Source: an uncultured Marinoscillum sp. (lineage in GTDB: Bacteria; Bacteroidota; Bacteroidia; Cytophagales; MED-G16). Taken from it: a DNA stretch of 64,000 nucleotides. Location: NCBI GenBank assembly GCA_902523065.1, contig CABYXZ010000001.1:194473-258472 (forward strand). Direction: 5' to 3'. The position numbers and the translations under genes were made by a program. The notes below the pieces were generated by a model, which was given only the letters and a program-made list of their open reading frames with translations, did no database searches and was not told the origin of the DNA. Shown piece by piece: positions 58,358 to 64,000 of this stretch. Positions within the stretch are counted from its first letter, which is position 1. Each line of letters opens with the position of its first letter.

Positions 58358-58840
58358 ATGAAAACACTATTTATTTTATCACTATTGTTAAATACTGAGT
58401 TATTTCATAATTCAAAAAAAGGCATAAAATTTTATAAAAAGGGAGATTATGAAACTGCTATAAATCTCTTTCTTGAAGAGATGAAAAATAAAAAAAAATT
58501 TAAAAACTATTTCTATCTTGGACAATCGTATTCAATGGTAAATGATAATCAGAACGCCATAAAAATGTATGAAAAAGCATTATCAGGAAAGTTTTCAAAA
58601 AGTATAATTTATTTTGAAATGGGCCTATCCTACTTTTTACTTGAAAAAAGCGAAGAAGCACTCCAAAATTTAAATTTGGCTCTTAAATATGATCCTAATA
58701 ATGTTAATTATTTAATAAATCGTGGTTCTATAAAATACGATTTGGGATTGATAAACTCGGCATGTATGGATTGGATGAATGCAAAAAGTATAGATGTTAA
58801 CTCAATTGATCCAGAGTTAATAAATATTAATTGCAATTAA
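58358..58840 (+). CDS. Small exported TPR protein
   Basis: Short hydrophobic N-terminus, three TPR-like repeats and a C-terminal YLINRGSIKY..G....ACMDW. Confidence 0.75.
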   Translation: MKTLFILSLLLNTELFHNSKKGIKFYKKGDYETAINLFLEEMKNKKKFKNYFYLGQSYSMVNDNQNAIKMYEKALSGKFSKSIIYFEMGLSYFLLEKSEEALQNLNLALKYDPNNVNYLINRGSIKYDLGLINSACMDWMNAKSIDVNSIDPELININCN

Positions 58841-59481
58841 TCTTTTTTCTTAAAATCTCCGTTTTTAATTGCCTTAATAAACTTTACCCATGCAAAAGGA
58901 TTAAGTAAAGGATTCGATGGTAGTTGAAACTTTGTTGAAGTTGATAACATTTGTTGATCCATGAAGTACTTATAATTCATATTAGCACTCATTGGTTCAT
59001 TGCTATACATCCTTCTGAGTAAGTCTTTATCCAATGACCTGTCAAGATTATCAAGATCTCTTCTATTTGGCAATTCAATTGCCAGAACAGCTTTCTTAAA
59101 TAGATCCTCGGTTGGATATGGAAAAATCTCAAGTTCTGGTAAAATTGTTGTATCAGGTTTTAGTTCAATGAATAAAGTTACCGACTCACCCTTGTCTCCG
59201 GGCATAATAAAGTTTTGTTTTTGGTATCCAATAGCACTTACAATTATACTATCTCCCTGTATTACTGGCATTGCAAAATAACCATAGGGATTCGAGGTTG
59301 TTCCTCTTCCTGCTGCAGGAACATAAATGTGGACTCCCCCTACACCTGATATACTATCCTGACCAACTACAACACCAGAAAGCTGTATTATTTTTTTTTG
59401 TCCTTGCGCACAACTGTTGTTGTTATACCCAACAATTAAAAGCAACAGAATTGTAACTATGTGTGTTATTTTTTTAATCAT
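58837..59481 (-). CDS. Exported protein with carboxypeptidase-regulatory-like (CarboxypepD_reg) domain
   Basis: Signal peptide, IQLSGVVVGQDS...TTSNPYGYF...GDSIIVSAIGY and C-terminal NPLLNPFAWVKFI. Confidence 0.75.
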   Translation of the reverse strand: MIKKITHIVTILLLLIVGYNNNSCAQGQKKIIQLSGVVVGQDSISGVGGVHIYVPAAGRGTTSNPYGYFAMPVIQGDSIIVSAIGYQKQNFIMPGDKGESVTLFIELKPDTTILPELEIFPYPTEDLFKKAVLAIELPNRRDLDNLDRSLDKDLLRRMYSNEPMSANMNYKYFMDQQMLSTSTKFQLPSNPLLNPFAWVKFIKAIKNGDFKKKD

Positions 59482-59574
59482 AAAAAAATGTAAAACCTAA
59501 AATACATGCTAAATTACTTAATAAATATTTTTTTTTTGTTTAGAATGTATAGATATAACAATATTTAACTTGAT

Positions 59575-59955
59575 ATGAGGTTAAAAAAATTTAATATTGA
59601 ATACGGTAAGACAGTTTTTAAGTCTTTTTCTGATGAATCAAGAATAAGAATTCTTAATATTCTTTCAAACAGAAAAGAAGCTACTATTACAGATTTAGAA
59701 ATAATTTTAAACTTTACCCAAACCAAAACATCTAGACATGTTAATTACCTTAAAAATTCTGGATTATTAAATTTTAGAAATCATGACCAATTCATATTTT
59801 ATTCATTAAGGGAGGAAGCTCTTGATATAATTGATCAAATATTTGAATATTTAGATAAAGATTTACAACTTAAAGAAGACCTTGAAACCTATGATATAAT
59901 GTTTAACAACAGAGAGTTAGCAGTAAATAAAATAGAATTAAAATCCTGGAGATAA
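59575..59955 (+). CDS. ArsR/SmtB family transcriptional regulator
   Basis: FKSFSDESRIRILNIL and winged HTH TQTKTSRHVNYLKNSGLL. Confidence 0.85.
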   Translation: MRLKKFNIEYGKTVFKSFSDESRIRILNILSNRKEATITDLEIILNFTQTKTSRHVNYLKNSGLLNFRNHDQFIFYSLREEALDIIDQIFEYLDKDLQLKEDLETYDIMFNNRELAVNKIELKSWR

Positions 59956-59973
59956 AAATAAATACATAATGTT

Positions 59974-61599
59974 ATGAGTAATGCATTTTTTGAGATACCT
60001 ATTCCAATAAACGAACCAGTAAAAGATTTTAGAGATGGATCAATTGAAAAGAAAGAACTCTTGAATACGATCCAAGAGATGAAAAAAAATCAGGTGGACA
60101 TACCAATGATCATTAATGGAAAAGAAGTTAAAACAAGTAAAAAAATTGAAATTAGAGCACCTCATAACCATAAATTAAAACTTGGGACATTTAATGAGGG
60201 AGATGAGTCACATGTAAAAATGGCAATTGATGCAGCTCTTAAGGCTAAAAAGGAATGGGGATCTATGTCATGGCAGTCTAGAGCATCAATTTTTCTAAAA
60301 GCTGCTGAACTTATTGCTGGTCCATACAGATCTAAAATTAATGGTTCAACGATGCTTGGTCAGTCAAAAAATGTTTTTCAAGCAGAAATTGATGCAGCTT
60401 GTGAATTTATTGACTTTCTAAACTTCAATGCATCTTACATGGAAGAGATTTATAAAAATCAGCCTGAATCGTCAGATGGTATGTGGAATAGACTTGATTA
60501 CAGACCTCTTGAAGGATTTGTATTTGCTATCAGTCCATTTAACTTCACCTCAATTGCTGGAAATCTTTGCGCAAGTCCTGCTCTTATGGGTAACACAGTA
60601 GTATGGAAACCTGCATATCCTCAAATATATTCTGCAAACATAATAATGGAAGTTTTCAAGGAAGCTGGCCTACCTGATGGTGTAATAAATATTATCTATG
60701 TAGATGGTCCCGTTGCAGGAGATATAATTTTCAAACACAAAGAATTTGCTGGACTCCACTTTACTGGAAGTACAGCGGTCTTTAAAAATTTGTGGAAAGA
60801 AATTGGTAATAATGTTGACAGATATAAATCCTACCCAAGGATAGTTGGTGAAACTGGTGGAAAAGATTTTATAATAGCTCACAAATCTGCTAATGCAAAA
60901 GAAGTTTCAACTGCAATAATTAGAGGATGTTTTGAATTTCAAGGCCAGAAGTGTAGTGCACCATCTAGAATTTATCTAGCAAAATCTATATGGGGCGATG
61001 TTAAAAAGAATTTAATTCAAGATATAAAAGACATTAAGGTTGGTGACCCTGAAGATTTTAGTAATTTCATGAATGCAGTTATAGAGGAGAAAGCCTTTAA
61101 AAAGATAACCTCATATATTGACGATGCTAAAAAAGACTCAGATCTTGAACTATTAGTTGGAGGAAATTATGATGACAGTAAAGGCTATTTTATCGATCCA
61201 ACTGTTTTTATTACTAAAAATCCTAATAATAAATTAATGGAAGAAGAAATTTTTGGTCCAGTAACATGTATTTATATATATGAAGATGAAAAGTATGAGG
61301 AAACGTTAAAGCTTGTAGATAACACCTCCCCATATGCTCTTACCGGAGCTGTATTTGCAAAAGAACAAATTGCGATTGACCTAGCAAACAGGGTATTAGA
61401 ATATGCAGCAGGTAATTTTTATATAAATGATAAGCCAACAGGGGCTGTTGTAGGTCAGCAACCATTTGGGGGTGGCAGAGCATCTGGAACTAATGATAAG
61501 GCTGGCTCTTATCTTAATTTATTGAGATGGGTTTCTCCAAGAACAATCAAAGAGGTTTATAATACACCTAAAGATTATAGGTATCCTTTTATGGATTGA
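59974..61599 (+). CDS. pruA: L-glutamate gamma-semialdehyde (P5C) dehydrogenase
   Basis: YRPLEGFVFAISPFNFTSIAGNL, HFTGST, GETGGKDF, FEFQGQKCSA, EEIFGP and GGRASGTNDKAG. Confidence 0.95.
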   Translation: MSNAFFEIPIPINEPVKDFRDGSIEKKELLNTIQEMKKNQVDIPMIINGKEVKTSKKIEIRAPHNHKLKLGTFNEGDESHVKMAIDAALKAKKEWGSMSWQSRASIFLKAAELIAGPYRSKINGSTMLGQSKNVFQAEIDAACEFIDFLNFNASYMEEIYKNQPESSDGMWNRLDYRPLEGFVFAISPFNFTSIAGNLCASPALMGNTVVWKPAYPQIYSANIIMEVFKEAGLPDGVINIIYVDGPVAGDIIFKHKEFAGLHFTGSTAVFKNLWKEIGNNVDRYKSYPRIVGETGGKDFIIAHKSANAKEVSTAIIRGCFEFQGQKCSAPSRIYLAKSIWGDVKKNLIQDIKDIKVGDPEDFSNFMNAVIEEKAFKKITSYIDDAKKDSDLELLVGGNYDDSKGYFIDPTVFITKNPNNKLMEEEIFGPVTCIYIYEDEKYEETLKLVDNTSPYALTGAVFAKEQIAIDLANRVLEYAAGNFYINDKPTGAVVGQQPFGGGRASGTNDKAGSYLNLLRWVSPRTIKEVYNTPKDYRYPFMD

Positions 61600-61624
61600 T
61601 TAGTTTAGCAGATATTTTTTCAAT

Positions 61625-63832
61625 ATGAAAAACGGTCTATTCTTAATCTCATTACTATTTTTTATTACAAATATTAGTTTCTCCCAAAGAGTTGTTGACG
61701 TCCCATTTATAAAAGATGAACAAATTAATCTTGATGGTATTCTAGATAAAGGTGAATGGGAAAGCAGTGAAAAATTAAATTTGGATAATGAAATAGAACC
61801 AGGTTATAATATAAAACCTATAGTAGAAACAGTTGGCTTTATACAATATTCCGAGAAGAATCTATATGTAGCTTTTCATGCTAAAACAAATGAAGAAGTC
61901 AGAGCTGCATTAAGAAAAAGAGATGACTTAGGGGCATTTAGTGATGATTTAATTGGTATAAGTTTAGATCCGTATGGTGATGGAAGAAACAATATTTTTA
62001 TGGGTTCAAATCCTCTTGGATCACAAATTGACGTTAGAGTTCTAAATACTATAAGTGAGGAGCAAAGATATGACTTCGCCTATGATTTAGAATATGAATC
62101 TGCTGGTACAGTTGGGGAAAATGAATATTTTGTAGAATTAAAAATACCTTTCTCATCAATACCATTTCCTAGTGGCAAAAATCAAGAATGGAAATTTAGT
62201 TTTGTTAGAAGATATCTTGATTATTTTATTCAGACATCTAAAGTAGATAGAGATAATTCCTGTCAAACCTGTCAACTTGATGACTTCATTTTTTTCGATA
62301 AAATTAAAATCGATAAAAAACTTGATCTATTACCATATATATCTTCAAGTCTTACAGGAGCTAGAAATGATAAATCCAATTCTATTGATTACCAAAAGAT
62401 TAAACCCAATATTGGAATTGGAGTAAATGCAGAATTAACCAAAAGTTTATCATTAGAATTAACCGTAAATCCTGATTTCTCACAGGTAGAGGCAGATGTT
62501 ACACAAATTGATGCTAACTCTACAGTGTCATTAAGTTACCCCGAGAAAAGACCTTTTTTCAATAATGGTGTTGATATCTTAAGGCTTAACTCTAATGATC
62601 TACAACCATTTTATTCAAGATCAATTAATGATCCAATATATGCTCTCAAAATGTTGAATCAAGGAAAAAATTCAAGAATCTTATTCTTATCTTCAATAGA
62701 TAGGAATTCTCCCTATCTCATTGCAGGAAATGATAAATCTTACTTTGGAGAAGGAGGAAAAAGTTTAGTAAATATTTTCAGATACCAGCATTTACTGGGA
62801 AATGGATCAAAAATAGGAATTATGTCTTCAAGTCGAGTTTACAATGGGGGTGGATATGGAAATTTATTTGGACTAGATGGTCTCATCCAGATATCAAACA
62901 CCTTAAGATTTGCATTTGATATACTCAAAAATTTTAATCGTGAACCCAATAGGGATTGGATTGAATCAGATGATTATTTTGGAGAAAATACTGTTAAGCT
63001 TGATGGTGAAAAATTTAGAGGTAATGGAATATCGTTGGCTTTAACAAGAAGAACTGAAAATTGGACAACGTATATAGCATATAAACACATCGATCCAAAT
63101 TATAGAGCAGACGTAGGTTTTGCTGTAAAGAACGATAGAAAATGGATTACTCTATTACAGTCACATAATAAATTTTGGAATGAAGGATTTTTAAAGAAAA
63201 TGACTTTTATCGTAAAGAAAGATATATTATATGATTTTAACAATAACCTTGATGTTATGTCATTAGATGGTAGTATCAGAGCAGATTTTAAGGGAAATAC
63301 AGAATTTTCATATTATTACGATTACGATTTTATTACAAACTACTTAGGAGTTAACTATAAACATTACGGGACTAATAGATTAAATTTTACTACAAGTCCA
63401 ACTGAATTTTTTTCATTTACATCAAATTTAAGATTCGGAAAGGATATAGCGTTTAACTCAGAAAATCCTGCAATAGGAAAAGAGTATGACTTATATTTGG
63501 ACCTAACTCTTCAGATAAATAATAACTTCTCAATATCTAATTCCATCAATAAGTCTCGACTTAAAAATATTGCTGACAATACATATTATTTTAACGGCAT
63601 TTTATACAGATTAGGTACAAAATACCAGTTCACAAAATCTCTAGCGTTAAGACTTACTTCAGAATTGAATAATTTCAACAATTCATTGTTTTTTCAACCA
63701 TTATTTGAGTGGGTTCCCAACCCCTTTACAATATTCTATGTTGGTGGAAATCAGAACTTTCTTAAAGAGAATAGATATGAGACAAATAGTTCTCAAGTAT
63801 TTATAAAATTTCAATATCTAATTAATCTGTAA
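61625..63832 (+). CDS. CBM9-like / DUF5916 domain outer-membrane protein
   Basis: Signal peptide, LDGILDKGEW, ELKIPFSSI, LELTVNPDFSQVEAD, EKRPFF, YSRSI and a C-terminal barrel-like KFQYLINL. Confidence 0.78.
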   Translation: MKNGLFLISLLFFITNISFSQRVVDVPFIKDEQINLDGILDKGEWESSEKLNLDNEIEPGYNIKPIVETVGFIQYSEKNLYVAFHAKTNEEVRAALRKRDDLGAFSDDLIGISLDPYGDGRNNIFMGSNPLGSQIDVRVLNTISEEQRYDFAYDLEYESAGTVGENEYFVELKIPFSSIPFPSGKNQEWKFSFVRRYLDYFIQTSKVDRDNSCQTCQLDDFIFFDKIKIDKKLDLLPYISSSLTGARNDKSNSIDYQKIKPNIGIGVNAELTKSLSLELTVNPDFSQVEADVTQIDANSTVSLSYPEKRPFFNNGVDILRLNSNDLQPFYSRSINDPIYALKMLNQGKNSRILFLSSIDRNSPYLIAGNDKSYFGEGGKSLVNIFRYQHLLGNGSKIGIMSSSRVYNGGGYGNLFGLDGLIQISNTLRFAFDILKNFNREPNRDWIESDDYFGENTVKLDGEKFRGNGISLALTRRTENWTTYIAYKHIDPNYRADVGFAVKNDRKWITLLQSHNKFWNEGFLKKMTFIVKKDILYDFNNNLDVMSLDGSIRADFKGNTEFSYYYDYDFITNYLGVNYKHYGTNRLNFTTSPTEFFSFTSNLRFGKDIAFNSENPAIGKEYDLYLDLTLQINNNFSISNSINKSRLKNIADNTYYFNGILYRLGTKYQFTKSLALRLTSELNNFNNSLFFQPLFEWVPNPFTIFYVGGNQNFLKENRYETNSSQVFIKFQYLINL

Positions 63833-63865
63833 AACAATTATACCAATTATGTCGTTTGTATTTTT

Positions 63866-64000
63866 GTGAATATTACTAATAAAAACAAAAGAAGAAAGTT
63901 CCTTAAAAATGCAGGTTCAACTGCTTTATTTGCTTCACTAGGAACCTCATTCTTAGTAAGTTGTAGTACAAGTGAAGAAAATGTTGATCCAACTTTACCT
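63866..64000 (+). CDS. 5' fragment of a Tat-exported lipoprotein (runs off the window)
   Basis: GTG start read by hand: (M)NITNKNKRRKFLKNAGSTALFASLGTSFLVSCSTSEENVDPTLP, with a twin-arginine motif and an LVSC lipobox. Confidence 0.65.
   Translation, partial: MNITNKNKRRKFLKNAGSTALFASLGTSFLVSCSTSEENVDPTLP

Overview
AT-rich, very densely packed chromosomal segment of a Bacteroidota bacterium. It is probably a streamlined Cytophagia-like lineage, inferred from porT, type IX secretion (T9SS) cargo, a Bacteroidota-type sigma70, relA-fur-purA synteny and TAnnTTTG promoter boxes. It holds about 54 CDS (two cut by the window edges) and two tRNAs (Leu-TAG, Arg-CCT), mostly housekeeping: yihA, waaA, rsgA, prfB with its +1 frameshift, ilvE, purA/purB, rel, tig-clpP, lpxB, icd-leuACDB, aspS, sodA, uvrB, aroE and pruA. 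I saw no mobile element, CRISPR array or rRNA. Four observations stand out. (1) Two tandem ~1,400-aa BNR-propeller proteins each carry both a lipoprotein signal and a T9SS C-terminal domain. Their last 828 bp are 98.9% identical while the rest has diverged, which suggests a gene-conversion tract and a possible gene-accordion unit of exactly one gene plus spacer (4,289 bp). (2) A GbcA/Stc2-like Rieske N-demethylase lies divergent from an NhaC-family transporter and tail-to-tail with a phytoene-dehydrogenase-like flavoprotein, with no reductase in the window. (3) All nine convergent gene junctions overlap or abut, leaving no intergenic room for terminators. (4) There is a passenger-less T9SS CTD protein, and an ORF that starts 2 nt after a tRNA. 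All calls come from reading motifs by eye; no database search was run.
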